From a virus: DNA of 41,581 nt. The stretch lies in the IMG/VR virus record IMGVR_UViG_3300045988_101452; one strand, 5' to 3'. The position numbers and the translations under genes are program-made. This document shows, one piece after another, positions 1 through 9,214 of the stretch (position 1 is the stretch's first letter; every line of letters begins with the position of its first letter). The notes beneath the pieces are model-generated. The model made no database searches. It saw only the letters and a program-made list of their open reading frames with translations, and was not told the DNA's origin.

Positions 1-55
1 GTAATTCAGCTCCTGCATTTATTCCGCCAGACAAGACTGTACTTCCGCCAACAGA
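1..55. repeat. terminal direct repeat (nt 1-55 identical to nt 41527-41581); circular-assembly overlap
   Basis: exact identity of the first and last 55 nt read directly. Confidence 0.9.
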
Positions 56-2302
56 ACCAATAATTCCTAATAATCTTGGAATTAAGGAAGTAGCTTTTGA
101 TAAACCGCCAGAGGCAACAAGTGCTTCGCCTTCAGCAGCTACGCCTCCTTTAGTTACTGTTGAAGCAACTGTTCCAGCTTCAGCAGCAACACCTTTACCT
201 ACAGAAGATTTAATACCTCCGCCAGATAATGCATCAGATAAAGCATTAATACCTGACATTATTTTAAGTTCATTATTAATTTTTTTAACCATCGATAGAG
301 CATCGCCAATTTTATTAACTGCCCAAATACTAGCGAAAACTTTTACTGTATTTACAACAAAATCTTTATGTTCCCCGATAAATTTTACGGTATCAACGAG
401 CTTTTGGAATATTTCAGCGATCCAACCAGCAATTTCTTCAAGCCCTTGCTTGCCCTCTTTAGAATTAAATGCCTTAGCCATTGAAGTGGCTGCGTCAGAT
501 AAAACTGGCAAGAACCTTTGTCCAATCATAATTAAAACAGCCTCCCCAGCTGCTTTGAATTGTTTTAATTCGTTTTGGGTAGATTGCATATTCTTATTTG
601 CAAGATTAACAACATACCCTTGGCCATCAGCTGATTTTTTCACCTTGTCATCGAGTTCGCCTAACTGCTTAACGTTTTCAGAAAGAATTGCACCCGCCTG
701 TTGACCAGTAGTTCCAAATAAAGCGTGGAAGATTTGTCCTTTTTGGAATGAACTTAGTTTTTCTGTATGTTGGTTTAACAATCCGAAAATTTCCGTCATT
801 GACTTCATATTTCCGTTTTGGTCTACAAAATCTTTTGTGCTTAGCCCAATCTTAGTTAAGGCTGCTGCTGCTGCATCACTAGGAGATTGTAGCGAAACAA
901 TCACTTTTCTAAGTCCAGTACCTGCTTTGTCAGCTTCAAGACCATTATTAGAAAGAATACCAATTGCAGAGGCTGTTTCTGACAAGCTTAATTTGCTTTG
1001 ATGAGCCGATGCCCCTACATATTCCATTGCTACACCCATGCTTTGGAAATCAGTTGCTGTCATATCTGCTGCATAGGCCATCTGGTTAACAACTTCTTTT
1101 GTGTTTTTTGTCATGCCAGTAACATCATCAGCTCGTTTACCAAAACTTTCAAGCGCTGCTGTTGAGTTATGTACAACATCAGTAAAATCATCCCCAGAAG
1201 CTACCGAAGCTTGCAACATGGTGGGCAAAGCACCAAGAGCTTGAGCGCTCGTATATCCACGTTTTACAAGTTCTTGATATCCATCTGCTATTTCTTTTTG
1301 AGTTTTACCATACTTAACAGAAAGTTCAGAACCCTGCTCTTGCATTTTATTGACATTTTCTTGAGCTTCTTTAGCTTGTTCACCACCAGTTACTAATAAG
1401 TTAAAAGTTGTTTTATATTGGTTTTGAAGTTCAGAGGCCATTTGTGCGCCCTTAACTGCAGCTGCACCAATTGCAGCAATCCCAAAAGCACTTTGATAAG
1501 CTGCACTCTTTACTTTCTGATATCCTGCTGCCATTACATCGGTAGCTTTCTCAGTTGTTTGATAAACAGTATTTAAACCTTTACCAATGAGAGACTCGGA
1601 ATTAAACGGCTGCATCTTTGTAACTGCCAAGTTAGCTTCCAATAGTTTATTTCTATAGTTTAACAACGACGAAGCAGCTTCATTTACCCTTGTTTTTTGC
1701 TTAACAAGAGTTTCTGAACTTGTACCCTCAGCAGCTTCTAATCGTTTAAGCTCAGTTACTTGGGCCCTATAAATTTCAGTTTGCTTTGCGTATGACGTAG
1801 ATAGACCAGAAACTTCGGCTTTAGCAGCTCCCATTTTATTACGGGTCTTCTCATATAAATCAATTTGAGATTGCATGAGTTTATCATTAGCACTAAGAGA
1901 TTTATTTAAATCATCAATACCTGTTTGTTGATACTCATAAGCTGATTTTGCACGGTTTAATTGCCCTGTCATTGAGGCAAGAGAACGTTCTGCTGTAGTT
2001 AATTGAGCATTATATTTTTGATAAGCCTTCTCACCAGCATCAGTATCTCTATTGATTGTCTTCATACCTTCTGAAAGGTTAGCAATATAAGCTTTTTGCT
2101 TTTCCATTGCTTCACTAAGACCTTCATAGCGATATTTTGATGCAGAAACAGCATCTCCAGCAGATTTAGCCTGTGCTTCATTAATCTGCCATTCACGAGT
2201 ACTATCTTTAACTGCTGATTTTAAGCGGTTGATAGCCTCAACAGCTTTTGTCTCATTCAAGTCAATCCCTGTGGTGACTGAATCAACCATTATATCTGCC
2301 AT
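1..2302 (-). CDS. tail tape measure protein, N-terminal ~767 codons; ORF runs off window start and continues in frame at 41526 across the circular junction
   Basis: ATG at 2302 (minus) preceded by AAAGGAG. Hand translation of minus strand 2302->1 is stop-free and reads MADIMVDSVTTGIDLNETKAVEAINRLKSA... It is coiled-coil and TP901-family TMP-like. Frame matches ORF 38894..41560 when position 1 = 41527. Confidence 0.8.
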   Translation of the reverse strand, partial: MADIMVDSVTTGIDLNETKAVEAINRLKSAVKDSTREWQINEAQAKSAGDAVSASKYRYEGLSEAMEKQKAYIANLSEGMKTINRDTDAGEKAYQKYNAQLTTAERSLASMTGQLNRAKSAYEYQQTGIDDLNKSLSANDKLMQSQIDLYEKTRNKMGAAKAEVSGLSTSYAKQTEIYRAQVTELKRLEAAEGTSSETLVKQKTRVNEAASSLLNYRNKLLEANLAVTKMQPFNSESLIGKGLNTVYQTTEKATDVMAAGYQKVKSAAYQSAFGIAAIGAAAVKGAQMASELQNQYKTTFNLLVTGGEQAKEAQENVNKMQEQGSELSVKYGKTQKEIADGYQELVKRGYTSAQALGALPTMLQASVASGDDFTDVVHNSTAALESFGKRADDVTGMTKNTKEVVNQMAYAADMTATDFQSMGVAMEYVGASAHQSKLSLSETASAIGILSNNGLEADKAGTGLRKVIVSLQSPSDAAAAALTKIGLSTKDFVDQNGNMKSMTEIFGLLNQHTEKLSSFQKGQIFHALFGTTGQQAGAILSENVKQLGELDDKVKKSADGQGYVVNLANKNMQSTQNELKQFKAAGEAVLIMIGQRFLPVLSDAATSMAKAFNSKEGKQGLEEIAGWIAEIFQKLVDTVKFIGEHKDFVVNTVKVFASIWAVNKIGDALSMVKKINNELKIMSGINALSDALSGGGIKSSVGKGVAAEAGTVASTVTKGGVAAEGEALVASGGLSKATSLIPRLLGIIGSVGGSTVLSGGINAGAEL

Positions 2303-2325
2303 TTTTACTCCTTTCTAATTTTTGA

Positions 2326-2357
2326 GTATAAAAAAACGCCTAATTTATTTAGACGTT
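2326..2357 (-). terminator. rho-independent terminator after the moron gene (stem AACGUCUAA/UUAGGCGUU with one G-U, then U-run)
   Basis: inverted repeat aacgcctaa/ttagacgtt with flanking A/T runs. Confidence 0.55.
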
Positions 2358-2383
2358 TTATTTTTATTGAATTGAGTTTTTTA

Positions 2384-2875
2384 TCACTTTAAAATATTTT
2401 GCTTTATTCCGTATGCTAAAGTTGCACTTAGGACAGCCGATGCCCCATATGGTACTACTATCAATATTAAAGCAAAATAGAACATGAGCCCAAGGGATAG
2501 AAACCCTGAGAAAAATATTGAAAATATACTAAAAATATAAATAATAATTGAAGCTGTATAAGTTAATTTCAACTTTTTATTAATAACATTTGCATAGATA
2601 GCACAAGCTAAAATTATGAATGGAAAAATTTTCAAGTTAATAGTATATGTTCCAAAAATTTGTAAAAATTTTAAAACAACGTAAATACCAGTTATTACAG
2701 CTAAAATAATATTAGCTAAATAAGCATTTTTGAATTCTTCGACACTTTTTTTAGGTACATTAATAGCACCAGATTCTTGTTTAATATCAGTTTTATGGTT
2801 AAAATCAAAACCACAATTTGAGCAAAAATTAGATGAACTTATAATTTCTTTTCCACAATTAGGGCAATATTTCAT
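2384..2875 (-). CDS. moron: N-terminal zinc-ribbon (CPNCG...CSNCG) plus multi-TM membrane protein, 163 aa
   Basis: ORF with AGGAGA RBS. Two CxxC pairs then about 4 hydrophobic helices. Own promoter and terminator. Confidence 0.6.
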   Translation of the reverse strand: MKYCPNCGKEIISSSNFCSNCGFDFNHKTDIKQESGAINVPKKSVEEFKNAYLANIILAVITGIYVVLKFLQIFGTYTINLKIFPFIILACAIYANVINKKLKLTYTASIIIYIFSIFSIFFSGFLSLGLMFYFALILIVVPYGASAVLSATLAYGIKQNILK

Positions 2876-2902
2876 GAATTTCTCCTGATTTTTAATAAGT
2901 AA

Positions 2903-2931
2903 ATTATACCCCTATAAACTGTATATTACAA
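2903..2931 (-). promoter_or_regulatory. sigma70-type promoter TTGTAA-17-TATAAT driving the moron gene
   Basis: -35 at 2931-2926, -10 at 2908-2903 on minus strand, 17-nt spacer. Confidence 0.5.
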
Positions 2932-2942
2932 GTGAATAATTA

Positions 2943-3110
2943 TTATTGCCCAAACATCTTCTTCAAATCATCAAATGAAGCCATCTTATTATCTTCATTC
3001 GCTTTAAACACATCAATTAAATCATAATAATCATGATTATCCACTTGCTCTAATGTCCAGTGCCAATTTTCGATAATATTTTTTTCAAATAGCTGTAAAT
3101 CTATTAATTG
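2943..3110 (-). CDS. putative -1 frameshift extension of tail assembly chaperone (gpT-like part of gpGT)
   Basis: stop-free -1 frame overlapping end of 3104..3520 ORF, reads QLIDLQLFEKNIIENWHWTLEQVDNHDYYDLIDVFKANEDNKMASFDDLKKMFGQ*. Position between MTP and TMP is canonical. Confidence 0.35.
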   Translation of the reverse strand, partial: QLIDLQLFEKNIIENWHWTLEQVDNHDYYDLIDVFKANEDNKMASFDDLKKMFGQ

Positions 3111-3520
3111 GTTATGGTGGTAGACTTTTCGTTCTTCAATGCTTGAACTTTTTTTTCGGCAGAATCAACCTCCTCAGTAAACATAGTATCGATTTGATCA
3201 TCATCATACCCCTGAAGTGAAAGAACAAGTTTAGATTGCAAATTCATAAATTGGCCACGGTCAAACTCTTCTAATTTGTCTACTTCTTTTTTATTTAATC
3301 CTAGAATTTCAGTAATAAATTTTTCGGCATTATTAATTACTGACATATCATCAAGAGCGATTGCTTTTGTTAATTCTTCTAGTGTTCCATCCTGAACTGA
3401 AGCAAGTTTTTCTTGGCTTTTTGCTAGTTCCAATTGGTAGGCATGCATTTTTTTAATGTTCTTAATTGAAGTTTTAATTTCAAATGATTCTTCTCTAATT
3501 TCTGGTAATGATAATTTCAT
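3104..3520 (-). CDS. tail assembly chaperone (gpG-like), acidic 138 aa
   Basis: position between major tail protein and TMP; acidic composition. Confidence 0.55.
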   Translation of the reverse strand: MKLSLPEIREESFEIKTSIKNIKKMHAYQLELAKSQEKLASVQDGTLEELTKAIALDDMSVINNAEKFITEILGLNKKEVDKLEEFDRGQFMNLQSKLVLSLQGYDDDQIDTMFTEEVDSAEKKVQALKNEKSTTITN

Positions 3521-3599
3521 TATATTTCTCCTCTATTTTACTTTTTGTAAAGGAATAGTCAGGTATCGAACCTAATATAATAGACCATCTATCTATCCC

Positions 3600-3623
3600 A
3601 TATAAAAAGCGGATTTCTCCGCT
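3600..3623 (-). terminator. terminator/attenuator after major tail protein gene (AGCGGAGAAAUCCGCU + U-run)
   Basis: inverted repeat agcgga/tccgct plus A-run on plus strand. Confidence 0.5.
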
Positions 3624-3632
3624 ATTCAATTA

Positions 3633-4247
3633 TTAGCTTCCACTACCTGAACCACCAGTAGTCGGAGCAGTATAACCGTTAAATACATCAGCTAACATTG
3701 CAGCTTCAGTAAATTTAGCATCTCCACCATCATAGAATTTGATAGCTTCTCCACCCCAACGGCTTACAGAGAAAGCAGTAAATGTCAATGCATCATCCAC
3801 ACGTACAACCGCGTTGGTATTTGTTTGCAAGTTCAATGCGGTTTCATTCATTTTACCTGCAGCAAATCCAATATATTGAGGAGAGGCTGAACCAATTGTT
3901 GTCGTTTGAATCAAAGCCGCAACTTTAGGAACAGGACCTTGAGTATATCCACCTTTAGTATCATTAACTCGTCCAAGGAGTTTTTGTTTGATATCAAAAG
4001 GCAAACCATTGAAGTCGAATGCTACCGAAGGAGTACCTTTTGCAATATCTGCATCTACTTGACCATCATTGCCATAAATCATTGTTGGAGCGCTTGATAC
4101 ATTGGTGATATTTGCAGTCTTTGTACCTAACATTTCATCAGTAATTGGAAAAGTACCATCAGTTGATAAACCGCCAGCTCCTTTTAAAATCGCTCCAGTA
4201 TCATCTAATAGAGCAAGTGTTACCATTTTTAAACCTTTTGTTGCCAT
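3633..4247 (-). CDS. major tail protein (phi13/TP901-1-like family)
   Basis: 204 aa, G/T/S-rich, position upstream of chaperone and TMP. Confidence 0.75.
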   Translation of the reverse strand: MATKGLKMVTLALLDDTGAILKGAGGLSTDGTFPITDEMLGTKTANITNVSSAPTMIYGNDGQVDADIAKGTPSVAFDFNGLPFDIKQKLLGRVNDTKGGYTQGPVPKVAALIQTTTIGSASPQYIGFAAGKMNETALNLQTNTNAVVRVDDALTFTAFSVSRWGGEAIKFYDGGDAKFTEAAMLADVFNGYTAPTTGGSGSGS

Positions 4248-4277
4248 TTTAAATTCCTTTCTTAAATAAAAAATGAG

Positions 4278-4673
4278 TTAGCTATTTGCTATCTCACTTA
4301 ATGTCATGATGCGTTGCACCGTTAAATTTTTGATAATTTGCCCTGTATCTGGGTCTATATAGTGACTTTTTGATTGCGCAATAAGCCAATCATTATTTAT
4401 AAATGATTTCATCAGATTAATTTCGCTTTGAACAACATTTATATCCGAATCTTCAGCGTTCGAATAAAAGATTTGAATATAAACGCCATATAAAAGTGAA
4501 ACAAATTCTGAATTACCATAATCACTTGGTCCATTATCAGATTCTGTCAGTAAAACTTGCGTTTCATTACTAGAATCTAATTTTTCACTAGGAATAGAAT
4601 CAAGAAAGATTTCACTGTATGGAAAGTCACTAGTTGCAATTATGTCTTGAACAATTTCAACTGGTCTTTTCAT
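4278..4673 (-). CDS. tail component (tail terminator-like), 131 aa
   Basis: position between gp10-like protein and MTP. Confidence 0.4.
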   Translation of the reverse strand: MKRPVEIVQDIIATSDFPYSEIFLDSIPSEKLDSSNETQVLLTESDNGPSDYGNSEFVSLLYGVYIQIFYSNAEDSDINVVQSEINLMKSFINNDWLIAQSKSHYIDPDTGQIIKNLTVQRIMTLSEIANS

Positions 4674-5176
4674 AAGTTACTCTCCTTCTTTTTTCTATTA
4701 ATTATTTTTCTCATTGCTTCAGCTTCAGCTTTTAATATTCCTTGCTGAACAATAGGATTTTTTCTTGTTTCTTCAATAAAATGATCTGCATGAACTGCAA
4801 CTTCACCAGGTTTTTTATATTTTCTTCCAGAACGTGTTGTGAACTGAGGAAAACGACTACCATTATTAATGATGTTGGCGATATAGCCTTTAGTATGAGT
4901 GCCTTTTTCTGTACTTCTTTCCCATCCTACAACACTTTGACCATCTTTAACTCCATCAATATTCTTATTCTTCATAACAATACTATCTGCTAAATGTGGG
5001 TCTTCTCCAGTATCACGATGGCGGTAGTGCCTATTTCTAACTTCATAAGCTAATGCTTGTTCAAAAACTTTAGCACCAGCTTTAGTAACTTCCGCCTTAT
5101 CTTCTACACTCATCTTTGTACTTAATTCTTCAGCTCTATCGACAATAAGCTGCATCGCATCATAAAACGAAACCAT
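4670..5176 (-). CDS. HK97 gp10-family tail completion protein
   Basis: 168 aa; synteny; gp10-like sequence. Confidence 0.55.
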   Translation of the reverse strand: MVSFYDAMQLIVDRAEELSTKMSVEDKAEVTKAGAKVFEQALAYEVRNRHYRHRDTGEDPHLADSIVMKNKNIDGVKDGQSVVGWERSTEKGTHTKGYIANIINNGSRFPQFTTRSGRKYKKPGEVAVHADHFIEETRKNPIVQQGILKAEAEAMRKIINRKKKESNL

Positions 5177-5177
5177 A

Positions 5178-5528
5178 TTAAGCCCCTTTCTTCTTCGATT
5201 GAAGAGTCAAAATATCAAATTTAATAAGCTTTGCGGATTCATCTGAAGAAATATTAATAATGTTGTAAAGAACATCATCTATTTCAACACACATTTTCTT
5301 TGTAACTAGCTTATTATGTCTAATTGCAATATCAAATGTATCAGCTGTAGTTGTACCAATTATCTGAAATTGAAGCGCAAGTGATCTCATTTTAGCTGCG
5401 AATCGAACATTTAAAACCGTTGATGGGTCAATTTTTTCAACCTTACCTCCGGTAGGAGTAGTTACTGTTTTAGTAACTCCAATCTGGCATTTTCTGTTAA
5501 AATCATTAGGTTTGTACGTTTTGACCAT
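5178..5528 (-). CDS. head closure / head-tail adaptor protein
   Basis: 116 aa, synteny after gp6-like connector. Confidence 0.5.
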   Translation of the reverse strand: MVKTYKPNDFNRKCQIGVTKTVTTPTGGKVEKIDPSTVLNVRFAAKMRSLALQFQIIGTTTADTFDIAIRHNKLVTKKMCVEIDDVLYNIINISSDESAKLIKFDILTLQSKKKGA

Positions 5529-5826
5529 CTTGCGCCTCCTTCCATGAAGAATAAAGACCTCTCAACTGCCCAACCATATGATCTACAGCCGTAGTAGGAG
5601 GCATAGTCGTAGAACGATTAATCCACAAATCCATCGAGTAACTTAGAACAGCTATATCATAAATCGGAGAAACATTTTCTACACTGAAAAATGGAGCGTC
5701 AACTGTATCAGAACTCACTGCATTTTTCACATATGCTGTTGCTGTATCAAAATAAATTTGAAGTTGTGGTTTGCGATCATCATCTTCTGATAGCTGATCT
5801 AGTAAGTCATCAACAGTTACGCTCAT
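5506..5826 (-). CDS. head-tail connector (gp6-like, DNA-packaging family)
   Basis: 106 aa acidic N-terminus, immediately after MCP. Confidence 0.6.
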   Translation of the reverse strand: MSVTVDDLLDQLSEDDDRKPQLQIYFDTATAYVKNAVSSDTVDAPFFSVENVSPIYDIAVLSYSMDLWINRSTTMPPTTAVDHMVGQLRGLYSSWKEAQDGQNVQT

Positions 5827-5841
5827 TTAAATCCCTCCTGA

Positions 5842-7083
5842 TTATCCGGCAGTAGTTGTTGTAGTTTTGAAGTTCCCTACTTGGTCAGCAATTGCAGTAA
5901 ATGAACCAGCAACTAAAGCTTCCGAGTCAGTAGCTTGTACATCGAAGCGGTCAATTACACGAATTTTAGTCGTATCAGTTTCATAAGCACCACCGCCGAT
6001 ATTAGTAGCAAGTAATGACATGTTTTCACGGTCAAATAAAGTAATTGCTTGTGACATATCACCATAGTAAAGTGGATAAATTGGTGCATTTGCTGTTCCG
6101 CCATTTGGAAGCCAACGATCTGCAATGACGATTACCCGTTTACCTTTAACAATATAAGTATTTGGTTTTGTTGGGTCTGGTTCAAGCAAATATTTACCTT
6201 CAGCAGTTTTTACTAAAGCGAGTTTATTAAGACCAGATTGATTTGTATAAAGGTTTGATGTTGCAATGATTGCAGGGTCGACTGCTGTATTAATCATAGT
6301 AATAACATCATCAAAATTAGTGATTGTTGCTTTTTTAGGAACTGCACCCATCAATGCAATAATTTCTTTATTACGAGAAACAACTACCTTCTTAGCGATC
6401 CAAGAAGATAACCAAGCAAGAATATTTTCGGCAGTATCTTTAAGCAAAGAATTTGTGGCTGTGATAATACCTGCATAGCGTCCAATCAAGTATTTAATGA
6501 TTGTCAAACGTGGGTTATCTAGGTTTGGAATCAATCCATCTTCTGCATCCATTCTAGTCAATGGAGTAATATCTGTCCATTTTTCATATACACGGCTACC
6601 GCTTAGAGTAGTAACATTTTCAACTCTTACATATTGTTGCAATGAATCATACTGGCGAACCAAAGTATTGATTGCTGTACGAATATCTTGTGGAATAGTA
6701 AGCCCAGCAGCACTGTCGTTTCCATCAGATCCATTGTCTGTATTTGAAGATACAGTATTCATAAACGCCATAGGATTACGAACCATATTTACGAAATCTG
6801 AAACAAATTGATCTTTAAGATTATTTTCTTTTTTAGTAAGTGGCACTTTATCTTCTTCACGCATATTAACCACTTGCTCAGCTTGAGCTTCAACAAGTTG
6901 TTCTCTCAATGCGTCACGGCGAACTTTTTCATTATCACGTTTATTTTTTAATTCTGACATGGCTTCTGCTGAAAAATTATCATCGTTAAGAGCCATATTG
7001 ATTTGGTCATTAAAGTCTGTGACTTTATCTCCTGAAGCAATCCATGCTTCGTTCAATTGATTTACTGTTAATTTAACTCTCAT
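5842..7083 (-). CDS. HK97-family major capsid protein with N-terminal delta (scaffold) domain
   Basis: 413 aa, coiled-coil N-terminus then HK97-like core; follows ClpP-like protease. Confidence 0.8.
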   Translation of the reverse strand: MRVKLTVNQLNEAWIASGDKVTDFNDQINMALNDDNFSAEAMSELKNKRDNEKVRRDALREQLVEAQAEQVVNMREEDKVPLTKKENNLKDQFVSDFVNMVRNPMAFMNTVSSNTDNGSDGNDSAAGLTIPQDIRTAINTLVRQYDSLQQYVRVENVTTLSGSRVYEKWTDITPLTRMDAEDGLIPNLDNPRLTIIKYLIGRYAGIITATNSLLKDTAENILAWLSSWIAKKVVVSRNKEIIALMGAVPKKATITNFDDVITMINTAVDPAIIATSNLYTNQSGLNKLALVKTAEGKYLLEPDPTKPNTYIVKGKRVIVIADRWLPNGGTANAPIYPLYYGDMSQAITLFDRENMSLLATNIGGGAYETDTTKIRVIDRFDVQATDSEALVAGSFTAIADQVGNFKTTTTTAG

Positions 7084-7094
7084 TTGAGTCTCCT

Positions 7095-7805
7095 TTATTT
7101 TTCTAATAAAATAGCCAACTTACGATAACGTAAATCGGCTTGTTTGTTTTCTATAATTGGTTCTTCTTTCGGAGGGTTATTCCGATTTTTGAAATTCATG
7201 AAATTCATAAATTCATTAAGTTTATCAGCAGTTGGAATATTGCCGATTGAGTTAGAAAATACTGGTTTATTAGCATCTACAAACATAATATTATCTGCAA
7301 ATCCTTTATCCACTGCATCTTGAGCTGTCATCCATGTTTCGTTAGACATCAACTGCAATAAGTCAGATTGTTTCATACCAGTTTTTAATTCATAAGCTGC
7401 AGCAATAGATTGGTCAATTCCATTCAACACCTGAACTTCATGTTCTAAATCGTCAGCATTGCCTTGCGGACTACTCATTGATTTATGAATCATCAATTGA
7501 GCTGTAGGAGAAATATTTACCGTATCTCCAGCCATCGCAATTACTGAAGCTGCAGATGCTGCCAACCCTTGAATATTTACTACCACATTTTGGTTTATAT
7601 TTTTAAGCACTGAGTATATCTCAGAAGCTGCAAATACATCACCACCATTTGAAGCAATATTAACTATAATCTCTTCTTCTTCAGGTGCAGAAGATAAGGA
7701 TTGAGATAAGTCTTTTGGAGTATAGCAATCTAATCCAAAAAAATCGTACATCATTTTATAATCATTGCTAACAATGTCACTTTTAATTTCAATTACTGTC
7801 ATCAT
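7095..7805 (-). CDS. prohead protease, ClpP-like (S14)
   Basis: 236 aa; ClpP-like motifs (GLAASAASVIAMAGD, MIHKS). Confidence 0.8.
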   Translation of the reverse strand: MMTVIEIKSDIVSNDYKMMYDFFGLDCYTPKDLSQSLSSAPEEEEIIVNIASNGGDVFAASEIYSVLKNINQNVVVNIQGLAASAASVIAMAGDTVNISPTAQLMIHKSMSSPQGNADDLEHEVQVLNGIDQSIAAAYELKTGMKQSDLLQLMSNETWMTAQDAVDKGFADNIMFVDANKPVFSNSIGNIPTADKLNEFMNFMNFKNRNNPPKEEPIIENKQADLRYRKLAILLEK

Positions 7806-7847
7806 TTACCTCCTTTCTAAGAATAATCACCATGACCACCTCCTTTC

Positions 7848-9026
7848 CTATGGTACTGGCTCATTACTTTGGCCAGTTGTCTTTTTATTTGTATTTTCAG
7901 GGGCTGGTAGGTCTTTAGGAATATATCCTGCTTCTTGCAAGACAAATGTAGCTTGATTTTCAGCTAATGCACCCCATCTTGTAGCAGTACTAATAGTAGA
8001 TAAGTAATTATCACCAAGAGGGTCAATAGCTGGTCTCATGTTAACGCTTATTCGGTCGCTTAACTTATACTCCAATTCACTTATAGCTGGTCTTAAAAAG
8101 CGATTTAAGGCGCTTGCATATTGCCCAGTCATCATTTGGATTGATGATTGTTGATCTCCTTGACCACCAACAAAGCTGTCAGATAATCCATATACTTTGG
8201 CGTATTGTTTAGAAGTCCAATCAGTTTGTGCTAACAATTGAGCTACATTTGATTTAATTTCTAGTGCAGTAAATTCTTCAAGGTCATCTAATACTACAGG
8301 ACCACCACTTCTTGAACGTTTCATAAACGAACGAGAACGAGATGCTTTATCTTTATCACTAAGAAGTCCACCACCTTTAACAGTAAGTACACCAGGAACA
8401 TTTAATGAACTATTCAATGAACTAAGTGTTAATCTATCAGAGGCTCTTTGTATTTTTGATTCACGTCTCAAAGAGTAAAGTGGACTAATTCCAGTTTTAC
8501 CACCATCAATTGATAGTAGTTTCATATGAATTAAATCGCTTTGAGGAGCTGAAAAAATAGGATCTATCTTAGGGTCATCAAAAGTAACGTTATAATACAT
8601 TCCGTTTTCATACTCGAAATAATAAGTATTTACTTGAGATGGCCTTAAATATTCCCATTTCATATCAGCGCCATTAGCATTTCTCCAACGATAAGCGAAT
8701 GCTTCGCCTCCTAAAAGCAACTGCGCAAACATTGATTGCCAAAACCCATGCTTATTAGCATTAGTACTTGGATTATCAATGATTCCTTGATTCTTTTTCT
8801 TTTCAGCATTGATTTTAACTATTGCCAAATCACTAGATAGTTGCAAGATAATAGAAAATAAGTCTGAATTTCTTAATGCTGCACGAGCTGAAACCCATTC
8901 ATTATTATCACCAAGCAAACTTTCCATTATTTGCGCATCATTTCCATCTGGAAAATAGCTTTGAACACTGCCAACTTCTGGCGGATCATTTGTTTGGTTG
9001 ATAAAGTTTAATATTGGCAAAATCAA
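7848..9026 (-). CDS. portal protein, HK97 family
   Basis: 392 aa, position after TerL, portal-like sequence. Confidence 0.8.
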   Translation of the reverse strand: MILPILNFINQTNDPPEVGSVQSYFPDGNDAQIMESLLGDNNEWVSARAALRNSDLFSIILQLSSDLAIVKINAEKKKNQGIIDNPSTNANKHGFWQSMFAQLLLGGEAFAYRWRNANGADMKWEYLRPSQVNTYYFEYENGMYYNVTFDDPKIDPIFSAPQSDLIHMKLLSIDGGKTGISPLYSLRRESKIQRASDRLTLSSLNSSLNVPGVLTVKGGGLLSDKDKASRSRSFMKRSRSGGPVVLDDLEEFTALEIKSNVAQLLAQTDWTSKQYAKVYGLSDSFVGGQGDQQSSIQMMTGQYASALNRFLRPAISELEYKLSDRISVNMRPAIDPLGDNYLSTISTATRWGALAENQATFVLQEAGYIPKDLPAPENTNKKTTGQSNEPVP

Positions 9027-9214
9027 TCACCTCCCTTCTTTTCTATAAACTCGGAAATTAATCCTGCTAAAATAAAAACAACTGATAAAGTAACGCCACC
9101 AGCTGTTATATTCCACATAAACATTGTTACTGTTATGGTTACTGCAAAAGCAATAAACATAAGTACATCAAATATTTTCCAAATTAAAGAAAATAAGTTT
9201 TTAAAAATCTTCAT
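9023..9214 (-). CDS. small 2-TM membrane protein filling the TerL-portal gap
   Basis: ORF tiles gap 9027-9200; two hydrophobic helices. Confidence 0.35.
   Translation of the reverse strand: MKIFKNLFSLIWKIFDVLMFIAFAVTITVTMFMWNITAGGVTLSVVFILAGLISEFIEKKGGD

Noticed and set aside
450-1396. Plus-strand ORFs 450..704 and 1169..1396
   Set aside because: Antisense inside the stop-free tape-measure reading frame; no RBS; low-complexity translations.
3561-3585. ggtatcgaacc as a tRNA T-arm
   Set aside because: Only a 4-bp stem with a 5-nt loop and no acceptor pairing; coincidence.
3906-7956. Plus-strand ORFs 3906..4097, 4742..4993, 6266..6478, 6497..6811, 7765..7956
   Set aside because: Embedded antisense in well-supported structural genes; AT-rich genomes give many such spurious frames.
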